Shown here piece by piece: positions 38,726 to 48,057 of a DNA stretch of 64,000 nucleotides (the stretch's first letter is position 1; the number at the start of each line of letters is the position of its first letter). The position numbers and the translations under genes are program-made. Under the pieces are notes generated by a model. It worked only from the letters and a program-made list of their open reading frames with translations, did not search any database and was not told the DNA's origin. This DNA comes from a virus (Duplodnaviria > Caudoviricetes), in IMG/VR virus record IMGVR_UViG_3300031992_000007, positions 1 to 64,000 of that record; one strand, written 5' to 3'.

Positions 38726-39502
38726 TTAGTTCTCGTCTTTGACTTCTTTCAGAGAGGCTACCCGATTTTGAAGCTCGGAACCGAACAAGGACAGCAACCC
38801 ACAGTTGCCATACATCCTGTCTATTTCCTCCTGAGTAAAGAGACCACGTTGAACGATGTAATCACTGAACTCTTTAAGAGAGTCACGAAAATCCTTGAGC
38901 TTCCTCTCGTAGTCGACGGTATCGCCTATGTACGCAGCAATAGGTTGACGCATGAAGATTGCGCCAATCTTGGGTATCATAAGCTTATCGCCAGCCAGCC
39001 ATATCACAACATCACCGACAGTAGTCAGTGTGCCTGCGCGTGTAATGACAGTACCCTTGCAACGATCTATGGCCGACAGTATTGAGCGTTGACTAATCGT
39101 CCCAGCTTCACCAGAGACATTAGACACTATCGTGAGATCTACGACATCCTTCTCAGACGCGGAGTCGATCAAACTCAGTACCAGAGGTAAGAACTCTGAA
39201 CGCTCATGCGGGCCCAGGATGATACAAATCCTCGCTACACCCTCTGCATCGATGACACGCGACACACAAGGTCTTGCGGGAACTTGACCACCACAATCCG
39301 GGCCAGCAACTACTTTACCACGCTCCTCGATAACAGACTCGAAGAAGGCCTCCAGACTACCGTGGAAGAACGAGTCCTTAGGAGTACCTCCGTTCTCATC
39401 CAACGCATCGATATTCTGGAGTCCAACATCATCTCCTATCAAGGAAACTTCAGGCTCTTCGGATTTCTTATCGAGTCCAGCAGAAGTTGTTCTGTTGGAC
39501 AT
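38726..39502 (-). CDS. degenerate ClpP/S49-fold protein (probably non-catalytic)
   Basis: TTVGDVVIWLAGDKLMIPKIGAIFMRQP aligns with the ClpP ASAxxxIxxAGDxR...FMxHQP pattern but lacks the Ser and His. Confidence 0.5.
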   Translation of the reverse strand: MSNRTTSAGLDKKSEEPEVSLIGDDVGLQNIDALDENGGTPKDSFFHGSLEAFFESVIEERGKVVAGPDCGGQVPARPCVSRVIDAEGVARICIILGPHERSEFLPLVLSLIDSASEKDVVDLTIVSNVSGEAGTISQRSILSAIDRCKGTVITRAGTLTTVGDVVIWLAGDKLMIPKIGAIFMRQPIAAYIGDTVDYERKLKDFRDSLKEFSDYIVQRGLFTQEEIDRMYGNCGLLSLFGSELQNRVASLKEVKDEN

Positions 39503-39521
39503 GACAGGATCTCCTTAAAGG

Positions 39522-41102
39522 TTACCAGAAACGACTCTGAGGAACCTTGCGAACATGAGAGTTCTTCTCAGCCTCGCCAGGGTTCAGGTTCGTCTCACCA
39601 GCGCGACGTTTCTTCTTCGGCTTGGCTTTCTTCTTGCCTTTGCCGTGCTTGGAGCACTTCGCGGCAGGAGCGCCTTCGCCCCCGTCATCATCATCGTCCC
39701 CAGCATCATCGTCATCGCCGTCGTCGTCATCATCCCCATCATCGTCATCGTCGCCGTCACCCGGCTCCTCAGTCGTCTCTGGGATCTCAACGCCGTTCTC
39801 TTCGCAAATCGTGTCGAAGATGTCTTCGACGGGAGTTTCCTCAACGGTCTCCTCCGTGGTCTCGGTCGTTTCACCTTCACCACCATCGTCGTCATCGTCG
39901 TCACCACACTCGCACTCTTCCATGGGCTTGCCGCAGTCAGGGCAGACTTCGCCTTCAGCACGACGCTTCTTGGCTTTCTTCTTACCCTTCTTAGCAGTAG
40001 GGGTTCCGGCGCCGCCCGCGCCGCCCGTATCACCCTCATCAGGATTCTCGGTGGTGGTTTCGGTGGTCTCGCCCTCTCCGGCCTCTTCCTCACCTTCGGC
40101 TCTGCGCTTCTTGCCCTTGGCCTTCTTCTTGCCACCCTTCTTACCTTCGGGGGCACTTTCTCCCTCACCTTCATCAGGCTGTGTCTCGGGAGCTTCAAGT
40201 CCGTTTTCCTCGCAGATGGTATCGAAGATATCCTCGACCGGCGTATCCTCGGTGACTTCCTCAGTCTCCGTGGTTTCAGTCTGGGTCTCCTCACCACCAT
40301 TATCATCACCGCCGCCTTCATCGGGGTTCTCTTCGCCCTCGGCAGAAGCGATGCGCTTCTTGGACTTCTTGATCACTTTCTTCTTCGTGTCCTTCTTGGC
40401 CGACGGTGTATCGGTAGGCTCCTCGCCACCGTTATCATCATCATCGGTCTGAGTCTCTTCGGTCCCTGTATTGGTCTCCTCGCCCTCACCAGGAGCAGGA
40501 TTACCGTCCTCGTCAACCCAACGGCGACGCTTACGGGCCTTCACGGTGGCAGCGGAGAGTTCGATATCGGCCTTACCATTGAGGATCTGCTGAACTTCAG
40601 CAGCAATGAGAACGCCGCGCTTCTCAGCATCTGACAGAATACTTGCCATGAATTTTACCAGTTCTGTTGCGTTTTCTTGTATTGTTAGACTCTTGCCCCA
40701 GTCTCCGTGCAACGAGGAGTGGAACATGAACCGAGCCCAACGCTCAACTTCTTGCTCTTGTCCGTAGAGCCAAATGAATGTCCCTGCAGACGCGACAAGC
40801 CCACTGGCGACAGTGGTTACTTTAGCCTTACAGCTCTCCATACGACCAACAATCTGCTGAGTCGTATAGACATCGCCACCAGGTGTATCTAGAACGATAC
40901 GCACCTGGTCTTTCTCGTCAGCTGTGTCCAGCACTTCGAGAACTTCCAGATATTGCGTTATCGGTCCGATCTCACCCACTAAGCTTATTGTGATAAGCTC
41001 ACCGCCAGCGGCATCCTCTCCCAAGGGGGTTTTAGATATCGCAGGTGGAATTCCTCCGAACGGCTTCGGCATTGGAATGTTCACTCCTTGTGGGATGACC
41101 AT
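39522..41102 (-). CDS. ClpP-like serine protease with long acidic/basic repeat tail
   Basis: LDTPGGDV, VASAGTFIW (Ser), FMFHSS (His); C-terminal ~330 aa of D/E/G/T blocks separated by Lys-rich RRAEGE motifs. Confidence 0.75.
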   Translation of the reverse strand: MVIPQGVNIPMPKPFGGIPPAISKTPLGEDAAGGELITISLVGEIGPITQYLEVLEVLDTADEKDQVRIVLDTPGGDVYTTQQIVGRMESCKAKVTTVASGLVASAGTFIWLYGQEQEVERWARFMFHSSLHGDWGKSLTIQENATELVKFMASILSDAEKRGVLIAAEVQQILNGKADIELSAATVKARKRRRWVDEDGNPAPGEGEETNTGTEETQTDDDDNGGEEPTDTPSAKKDTKKKVIKKSKKRIASAEGEENPDEGGGDDNGGEETQTETTETEEVTEDTPVEDIFDTICEENGLEAPETQPDEGEGESAPEGKKGGKKKAKGKKRRAEGEEEAGEGETTETTTENPDEGDTGGAGGAGTPTAKKGKKKAKKRRAEGEVCPDCGKPMEECECGDDDDDDGGEGETTETTEETVEETPVEDIFDTICEENGVEIPETTEEPGDGDDDDDGDDDDDGDDDDAGDDDDDGGEGAPAAKCSKHGKGKKKAKPKKKRRAGETNLNPGEAEKNSHVRKVPQSRFW

Positions 41103-41114
41103 GACAACACCTCC

Positions 41115-41969
41115 TTAGTTCGAAAAGCACATATCAAACAGCGAGACGTTCTTCCCGTCGTTCGTGAACAATTTAGGTGACGCACCTCTGGTGAGCACCG
41201 TGTCCTTCAACGTTATCTTGTCGCACATGAATGCGTCAAGTATGCGCTGATCTGTGATTATCGACTCTTGGCCGACGGATTGTAGTTTTTCCTGTGTCTC
41301 TAGGAACTGCTCCTTGCTAGCCTGAATTTCAACGTCAGCGACGTCGAACTTCCTGGAAGCATCTAGAGAAATTCCATAAGACTCGGTTGCAACATTGGGG
41401 TCTCTGAACCGTTTGCTTGCTTTTAGGAAGCCCGGTCCATCAACCGCATCGAAGGTAACCAAGCTCAGCATCTTCTTTTGGACGATGCCATTCTTAGTTC
41501 CTGTCTTGACCGCAGCGGATCTAAGACTGAACGATGTGTTGCGCAAACCATCCTGAAAACTCTCCTCAAGATACTTACCGTAAGGACCGAAAGGCTTGAC
41601 ATCTCCATAGATCATGATGATGTCATTACCACAGTCCACACCGTAGACTCTTGTGAAGAAATGGGAAACCTTTGTGCGGTCTATGTACAGAAGACGGTCG
41701 AGAGACTTATCTCCAGTCAGGAATGGGTGACCCCACTCGCCTTCCATATCTCCTGTAGACACGTTGGCCGCGAACCTCGCTTTAGCATCTGTGATGCAGT
41801 GCAGAACAGAGTTCTTTTCGTAAGAGCAGTTGTTACGGGAGTCACAGCCTATAACCGTAAGAGGGATGCCTGTGTAGACACCATCCTTGTTGGGTTTAAT
41901 AGCTTTGAGTTTCCTCCCTTCCATCTCCATTTGCGTCGAGATGGAGAATACGACATTGTTGCCGTTCAT
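41115..41969 (-). CDS. prohead (head maturation) protease (phiKZ gp175-like)
   Basis: GEWGHP (His), FSLRS (Ser), TFDAVDGPG (Asp); ATES self-cleavage-like site. Confidence 0.85.
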   Translation of the reverse strand: MNGNNVVFSISTQMEMEGRKLKAIKPNKDGVYTGIPLTVIGCDSRNNCSYEKNSVLHCITDAKARFAANVSTGDMEGEWGHPFLTGDKSLDRLLYIDRTKVSHFFTRVYGVDCGNDIIMIYGDVKPFGPYGKYLEESFQDGLRNTSFSLRSAAVKTGTKNGIVQKKMLSLVTFDAVDGPGFLKASKRFRDPNVATESYGISLDASRKFDVADVEIQASKEQFLETQEKLQSVGQESIITDQRILDAFMCDKITLKDTVLTRGASPKLFTNDGKNVSLFDMCFSN

Positions 41970-41994
41970 GCATTCTCCTGTTGTAGAAGGTGGA

Positions 41995-42684
41995 TTAAGT
42001 GCGCAAGAGATCTTCGATAGGACTGTTCATCGTATTCGGATTGTCCAAAGCAGCATTGATGCCGTTCTTCATATCCGCACCGACTATACGTGCCTGAGTA
42101 GAACGAGCTGCGTGGGCAACATCGTTCAACTGGATCCTCATGAAATCATCTTTCATCGGACTGTTTCGGTACTGCACGTTAGGATCATTCGCATCTCTAG
42201 ACATGTAGGAGAAGATAGCTTCATAGACGACATGGTCGACAGGGAAGGTAATGCCTGACGTCTGTCTGATCTTGTCGAAGATGAAAGCCTGATCTTCATA
42301 CGTCATCGCTTTAAGCGTATTGCCGTACTTGATATATTCAAGCCAAATGTAGAATGCGAGCTTCTCCTCCACGATAAACTTCGTGGTCTTCATGAAGACA
42401 TCACCTTTGTTGAAGATGAGCTGCACGTAAGCTTTGTTGTCGATCACGATGTTGTTGATCTCAGATGGGAACATCTCTACTCTGGCTACCAGGAAGCAGC
42501 CAGATTGAATCCCATCAACTTCCATATCGAAAACACCTAGTGTCGTGACGGAGTCAGCAACCCTGAGACATTCGTAATTCTCTAGTTTCTGAAGAATAGT
42601 CACTATACACTTATCCCCCGTGAAGATCACGGGGGAGTTAGCGTCTTTCTGCGAAAATTTCTTCAAGACCGCTGGATTCTTCAT
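41995..42684 (-). CDS. conserved phiKZ-like protein (gp176 position)
   Basis: Adjacent to the prohead protease; C-terminal GINAALDNP...IEDLLRT motif. Confidence 0.5.
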   Translation of the reverse strand: MKNPAVLKKFSQKDANSPVIFTGDKCIVTILQKLENYECLRVADSVTTLGVFDMEVDGIQSGCFLVARVEMFPSEINNIVIDNKAYVQLIFNKGDVFMKTTKFIVEEKLAFYIWLEYIKYGNTLKAMTYEDQAFIFDKIRQTSGITFPVDHVVYEAIFSYMSRDANDPNVQYRNSPMKDDFMRIQLNDVAHAARSTQARIVGADMKNGINAALDNPNTMNSPIEDLLRT

Positions 42685-42696
42685 TTAACCTTCCTT

Positions 42697-44097
42697 TCAG
42701 CCTCTGAAGATGAAATCATAAATGGCATAATCTGGCCACAAGATCACATCTTCTTTAGCGATGTCAGTCGGTTTCGTGAAAAGCATCCCTCTCGCCGACA
42801 TAAAATTGTCCTTGCTTGACTTGAGCTGCACTATTGGCAACTCAGGTCTAACAGTTACAGTCGATGTCTTCCAACGAATCGGTTCAGAAACATCGGCATA
42901 AAATGTAACAGTGTGCTCCTCACGGGCATAATCATAAACTAAGTCCGTCACCTGGTCAACAAGCAATCCTCTTGCAAGCTGATCGAACTGTGTTCGATGT
43001 GAACTTGCATAAGTGTTGGTTGTGATCTGAGGATTGGGCTTAATCGGTTCAGCAGTTGTCCACCATTTCGGATGAACGACTATCTGAAGATTTGGTTTGT
43101 TTACAATCACGAAGAAACTGTTATCATCTTGCATCAGGGACCAGATGTCAACAGTGGCTTCAAGAACAGTCTTGGTCGTCAGAAGTTTGCCTTCGCAGAT
43201 CTGTTCATCGATAAGAGAAGCAGGTGAGATAGCTCTCTTGTTGAGAAGGACAACATTCCCGACAACTTTGTAGTTCTTGGGAGTTAGGATCCTTCCCTTC
43301 AGAACGACAATAAGAGACTGCGTCTTAGAGTTGAACCTTCCGGCAGGAATAGTCACTTCTCCATTGAGACTTCTCTTGCAGTCAGTCATCCGGAGAAAAG
43401 AACACCCACCCTGACTATCGAAATCCATCAGAACCATCCCTCGGTTCCGTTTGTTAGGATCCTTGTAGTACTTGATCTCGTCGACTACTTTCCCGTCAGA
43501 ATTGGTATACCTTCTACCAAGAGTGACAAACAACCTTCTGTCTACAACTTTGGGAAAACAAGCAAAACCATTACAAATAGGAAGAGTAACATCAACATGG
43601 ATTGTTGGGTAGTTAAAGTCGAACTGATAACCAAGTACATTAGGGTTATCGGGATCCACAACCAGCGCTTCCCAAGTACTGTCGACCTTAAAAGGGAGCG
43701 CATGTTTCTCGCTATCCGGGTTGATGTACTTAGGAGAACAGTCATTATAAAAACGAAGCCAATGATCCAAATAAGTAGTTTCGTGAGCATATTCCACCTC
43801 ACTTACTTGGACTTTCGAGGGAGGAACGAACGGGCGACTGATTCGGTACTGGGCATAGGTTTCCGAGTCGAGGATGAAGTTACCTTCCTCGTCCGTTGGT
43901 CCAAGGTTCCAATCTTTAATCCCGGTCCTGGCCCGAGTGAAGTTGATTGCGACATATTCATCCCCTTCCTTACCATAGCCAATAACAGCGCCCTCCTTGT
44001 ACAGGAAGGGCGCGTCGGCCATATTGGCAAAAAATGAAGAGGAATAGAAGTCCATCTTGCCGGACTCGAACGCATGTAATACACGATCTATTGTCAT
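42697..44097 (-). CDS. hypothetical (likely virion) protein
   Basis: 466 aa, beta-rich; AGGAG RBS. Confidence 0.7.
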   Translation of the reverse strand: MTIDRVLHAFESGKMDFYSSSFFANMADAPFLYKEGAVIGYGKEGDEYVAINFTRARTGIKDWNLGPTDEEGNFILDSETYAQYRISRPFVPPSKVQVSEVEYAHETTYLDHWLRFYNDCSPKYINPDSEKHALPFKVDSTWEALVVDPDNPNVLGYQFDFNYPTIHVDVTLPICNGFACFPKVVDRRLFVTLGRRYTNSDGKVVDEIKYYKDPNKRNRGMVLMDFDSQGGCSFLRMTDCKRSLNGEVTIPAGRFNSKTQSLIVVLKGRILTPKNYKVVGNVVLLNKRAISPASLIDEQICEGKLLTTKTVLEATVDIWSLMQDDNSFFVIVNKPNLQIVVHPKWWTTAEPIKPNPQITTNTYASSHRTQFDQLARGLLVDQVTDLVYDYAREEHTVTFYADVSEPIRWKTSTVTVRPELPIVQLKSSKDNFMSARGMLFTKPTDIAKEDVILWPDYAIYDFIFRG

Positions 44098-44120
44098 TGA
44101 CGAACTCCTATTCTCATTTG

Positions 44121-45095
44121 TTACTTGTTGCCACGGAACGTGAGGGCAGCAATAGAAGAGTCCATTCCCTCACGGACCATGTCCGCACGGTTCACGAAAC
44201 CGATCAAGCTTTCCACAGCCTTGTAGAAGCTATCGGAGTTGTGACCGAACGATTCGAGAGTATGCGTCTCGTTAGGAAGCGAAGCACGGATGTTCGAGAC
44301 AGCTGCAAGGAAGTTCTCCTTGGAAGTCTTCATCTTGGACATTGCCGTGAGTGCATCCTCTTTCTTGTGGTAGCCGAGATCGACAAGAGTGTACTCCTGA
44401 CGAGCCAGCTTGCTTGCAGACTGAGACAGCGAGACATTGGTAGCACAGGCATTGATCACTTCAGTGATGGCATCTTCAGTCTCTTCCGTATGGAACGGAA
44501 TGTAGACCTGATGTCCAGTGCCCTGACCATTGTTCTCGTCGGGTTCCGGAGGATTCTCCTGCGTCTGCTGTTCCTCGTCATAGATACGCACCATGAGAGG
44601 AGCGACCTTGTTAAGGAACTCAGAAGCAGCATCGAGTGCTTCGGTAACCTTGTCGATAGCAGCACATGGGAAGCACGGATCAGCGAGCTTCTCTGTAGTA
44701 GCTGCTTTGCCGAATGCATTGTCCGACACCCGATGGTTGAACCTCAGTTCCCAAAGAGCCTGATCGTCCTTGACGGCAGCAGCCTTATTGAGAACATTGG
44801 TCAGATCCGCCTCTCGCTCAGCCACGAGGTTTCTGAGAGCCTCAAGAGTCTGATACTCCTGCTTGGTGAGACGATCGATGATCTCCAATCTGAGTTTGGT
44901 CTTCTCAGCGTTGGACAGAGTGTCAACTACAACAGACTTACCGAGAAGTCCTTCGAGGGCACCGTCAGACCCATTGATGCTATCGTAGAGTTCAGCTGTG
45001 AACGGACCGTTCTTGAGGATGAAGAGTGACTGGTTAAGGTTAGCCAGCACTTCCATTGCCTCTTTGTGAGCTTCAGTGAGCTTGATGTTTTTCAT
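44121..45095 (-). CDS. putative internal head protein
   Basis: 324 aa, helical; A-x-E sites (AME, ALE); promoter-like variant at 45163-45175. Confidence 0.45.
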   Translation of the reverse strand: MKNIKLTEAHKEAMEVLANLNQSLFILKNGPFTAELYDSINGSDGALEGLLGKSVVVDTLSNAEKTKLRLEIIDRLTKQEYQTLEALRNLVAEREADLTNVLNKAAAVKDDQALWELRFNHRVSDNAFGKAATTEKLADPCFPCAAIDKVTEALDAASEFLNKVAPLMVRIYDEEQQTQENPPEPDENNGQGTGHQVYIPFHTEETEDAITEVINACATNVSLSQSASKLARQEYTLVDLGYHKKEDALTAMSKMKTSKENFLAAVSNIRASLPNETHTLESFGHNSDSFYKAVESLIGFVNRADMVREGMDSSIAALTFRGNK

Positions 45096-45195
45096 TGTAT
45101 TCTCCCAAAAAGAAAATGTTGTTCGGATTCCGTATATTTAAAAGTTAATCTACGTTACACGTAGGTAACATATACACGAAACCCGAACGAATTTA

Positions 45196-48057
45196 TCAGA
45201 CGACTTTCACGAATCGCTGAGGTGTTGACGGTATTTCCTTGTTGACTTCGTATGCCGTGTCATTAACGAACCTGTTATTGGTCGCATCAAACACGAAGTA
45301 TTGCACGCCAGACTTGTAGGTCGCGTCAGCTGTCGGACTATACGGGAACCGAACCTCAACAGGAACTCCATACACCCACTTGTAATCGACAGTGTCCTGG
45401 TCTTTAACCGCGAACTCCACGATCACTGAGCCCATCACCTGCGTGTTAAGGAGATCGTCGTCTCCAACCACAGTAGGCAGAGGACCACCGAGGGTGTTGG
45501 TAGGATAGTACCTGCTTCCAGAGATATTCTCTCCGTTGATCACAAGGTTGATCGCCGCATTGTTCATCGAGAACTGTTCAGGTATTTCCTTCCAGTCTGA
45601 AGTTATCGGACGGAGTCTCTGCAGGAACCAGGAGGTTCTCTGATCAGCGTTGAGAACTGTACCGACGACTGTGCCTATAACCTCAGTGTAAGTGGAAGTT
45701 GTCTCATCGAAGGTGAAGTACCTGAAGCCTGCCTGAACCTTGATGGTATAACGGTTAACCTTAGTCTTACCAGGGACTGTTGGGACCAAAGTTCCAGACT
45801 TGTCGAAATACTCAACTCCTTCAAGGGCATACTCAGAAGAGAGAGCATCGTACGTGTCAACTTCGGCGATCGTACGGATACGATATCTGTTGACAGCATC
45901 AGTCATTCCATCATTGTCGACATCGACAGGATCAGGATAAGCCTTAGTGAAGTAGTTCTTGAGGAACTCCGTCTTATTCATGAACGAATCGACGGTAGCT
46001 CTACCGATGTACAAGGTATAACCAGTACCAGTCTCAGCAGGAACACACTCTATCCAAGGACGGATAGCGTCAGTCACAGAACCATAAGGAACCTCACCAG
46101 AAGTGTACTCCTCAATAACAGAGGTATCAGTCCTGAACGAACCGATAAGCCACTTGGCAGCTATACCCATGTCAGTCCACGGCTGGAGACGCATCGCAAC
46201 ATTCTGTCTGTACACATCTGACTCGTAGCCGTCTTTCTTGACGACGTAAGCAAGTCTTCCGTGTTCATACAGACCGAAGTTCTCACCTAGCATCTTAGGA
46301 TCAAGAGCAAGGACACTTCCATTGGGGTCTTTGTAAGATGCGTTGTTGAACAGGAGGTTCATGGAACCACCAACCGCGCTTCCTTCCGATATCAACTTCG
46401 GTTCAGTGAACTCGTTGTTGTAGGGAAGGAACATGAACACATACTTACCCGTCTTGTAGTCCCACACTGGGATGGTACTTACCTTACGGACAGTTGTGCT
46501 AGCTCCAGCAACTACTTTGACCCTGAGGGTAGTGGAGACGAAGTTCTTCGACATGTTCTCGAACACTCCAGACACTTCTGTCGGGAAGAACTTGAACAAG
46601 ACGCTGAAGATCTGTCCTACATTGGCAGAGTTGATGTTCTCGATGCCGTACGCGAAAGACTGTACATTGTCGATAGGAACTACTTCGGATGAACCATCGT
46701 TGAAGTTGAGAGTAGGATGAAAGATCCATCCAAGCTCCTGAATAGTCCTACCAACTTCAAGCTTAACAGTCCCATCTGTGTCAAATTCAGCATTCTGAAC
46801 CACCACAGAGAAGTTGTCAAGCTGTTTGGTTATCTTGGTAGTTGGGTTAAGGACAGAACCAGGCTTGACTATGAGAGTCAAGCTAAGAACCATCCGGTAA
46901 GCATCACCCTCGAACTCATAGACTTCCATCGTCACGGTTTCACCGGACGAAAGATTTACTCCTGGCTTGAGATAGCATCTCTCAGGGTAACGAATGGATG
47001 CATCCGGGTTAGTAGACTCTGTTATCCATCCTTGGAACTCCTGATAACCAGCACCAGAGTAGTTGTTGATGAACTGATCACCACGGACGAAGATCCTAGC
47101 ATAACCAGGATCATCTCCAGAAAGCAGATAACCAACCTTGGTAGGTTCCTTGTCACCCTGCTTAGGATAGACATTGTAGTCCGTACCAGGAACAAGCTGT
47201 CGATAAGACTTCTTACCTGTCTGGTCGTAGACCTCTAGATAGTACGTCTTCCCCGAAAGGTAGTACTCATCAAGTGTCTTGCAGCGCACGCTGGCAGAGG
47301 TCGGGTCCGGAATGATGACAGTCCGGTAGTTTGCCCCAACTTTGATGGCGAAGAGTTTGCCTTGGTTGCCAGAGAGCTTATCCTTGGTGAGAGTGAGGCT
47401 TGTAGTTGTTTCTCCAGAATACGGGATAAGTGCATCGTTCGTGATTCCTATTAGAGACTTGTCCGGGACAGCAATCGAATGGCCTTTAGCATCCCTCAGG
47501 GCGTAGGCGTAGAGTCTATGCCCATAGAGCATGAGTTTCCTATCAGGGCAAGCCCTAATGAGATCCTCGTCCTTCTCGAGATACAACATGAACCTATCGT
47601 TGCCATAGTCCACTATCCTGGTGGAAGCTTCCGTATCCTGTCCATTAATAGACGGGACCAAGATGGACTTGAACGTTGGGTTGTCACCCTGATCGTCGAC
47701 AGACTCAACGATCAGGATGGATCTTTCTTTGAAGTTACCGTAGTCCGTGTCACAGACAACGACACTGTTGACAGCAGGAACGTACTTCCCCGTCTGGTCA
47801 GCATGAGCCTCATTAACTTCGTACCAGCCTTTCTCTTTAGGGTTAACTGGAGAAGTACTAGAGATGCTTACAGGAGTGAAGGTGATCGTTCTGTTGGCAT
47901 AGCTTCGTGTGTAGTACGTCTTATCCTGGACAGTTATGTCTTCGGTAGGGATGTACTGGTCGTTGTCAGGATCATAGATCTGGGTAATTCGGACGACATC
48001 AGGCCCGATATTTCCAAACAGGACTATCGGGTTATCTGTAGAAATTCCTCTACTCAT
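45196..48057 (-). CDS. virion structural/baseplate protein (phiKZ gp26 position), 953 aa
   Basis: Third gene of the operon divergent from the sheath; GKYVPAVNSVV motif; contains T-x-D-x5-6-(K/R)-x-Y-(Y/F) repeats. Confidence 0.55.
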   Translation of the reverse strand: MSRGISTDNPIVLFGNIGPDVVRITQIYDPDNDQYIPTEDITVQDKTYYTRSYANRTITFTPVSISSTSPVNPKEKGWYEVNEAHADQTGKYVPAVNSVVVCDTDYGNFKERSILIVESVDDQGDNPTFKSILVPSINGQDTEASTRIVDYGNDRFMLYLEKDEDLIRACPDRKLMLYGHRLYAYALRDAKGHSIAVPDKSLIGITNDALIPYSGETTTSLTLTKDKLSGNQGKLFAIKVGANYRTVIIPDPTSASVRCKTLDEYYLSGKTYYLEVYDQTGKKSYRQLVPGTDYNVYPKQGDKEPTKVGYLLSGDDPGYARIFVRGDQFINNYSGAGYQEFQGWITESTNPDASIRYPERCYLKPGVNLSSGETVTMEVYEFEGDAYRMVLSLTLIVKPGSVLNPTTKITKQLDNFSVVVQNAEFDTDGTVKLEVGRTIQELGWIFHPTLNFNDGSSEVVPIDNVQSFAYGIENINSANVGQIFSVLFKFFPTEVSGVFENMSKNFVSTTLRVKVVAGASTTVRKVSTIPVWDYKTGKYVFMFLPYNNEFTEPKLISEGSAVGGSMNLLFNNASYKDPNGSVLALDPKMLGENFGLYEHGRLAYVVKKDGYESDVYRQNVAMRLQPWTDMGIAAKWLIGSFRTDTSVIEEYTSGEVPYGSVTDAIRPWIECVPAETGTGYTLYIGRATVDSFMNKTEFLKNYFTKAYPDPVDVDNDGMTDAVNRYRIRTIAEVDTYDALSSEYALEGVEYFDKSGTLVPTVPGKTKVNRYTIKVQAGFRYFTFDETTSTYTEVIGTVVGTVLNADQRTSWFLQRLRPITSDWKEIPEQFSMNNAAINLVINGENISGSRYYPTNTLGGPLPTVVGDDDLLNTQVMGSVIVEFAVKDQDTVDYKWVYGVPVEVRFPYSPTADATYKSGVQYFVFDATNNRFVNDTAYEVNKEIPSTPQRFVKVV

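Noticed and set aside
39555-40634. Hydrophobic or Ser-rich ORFs overlapping the ClpP-like tail
   Set aside because: Antisense or alternative-frame translations of the low-complexity GAT/GAC/GAG repeats.
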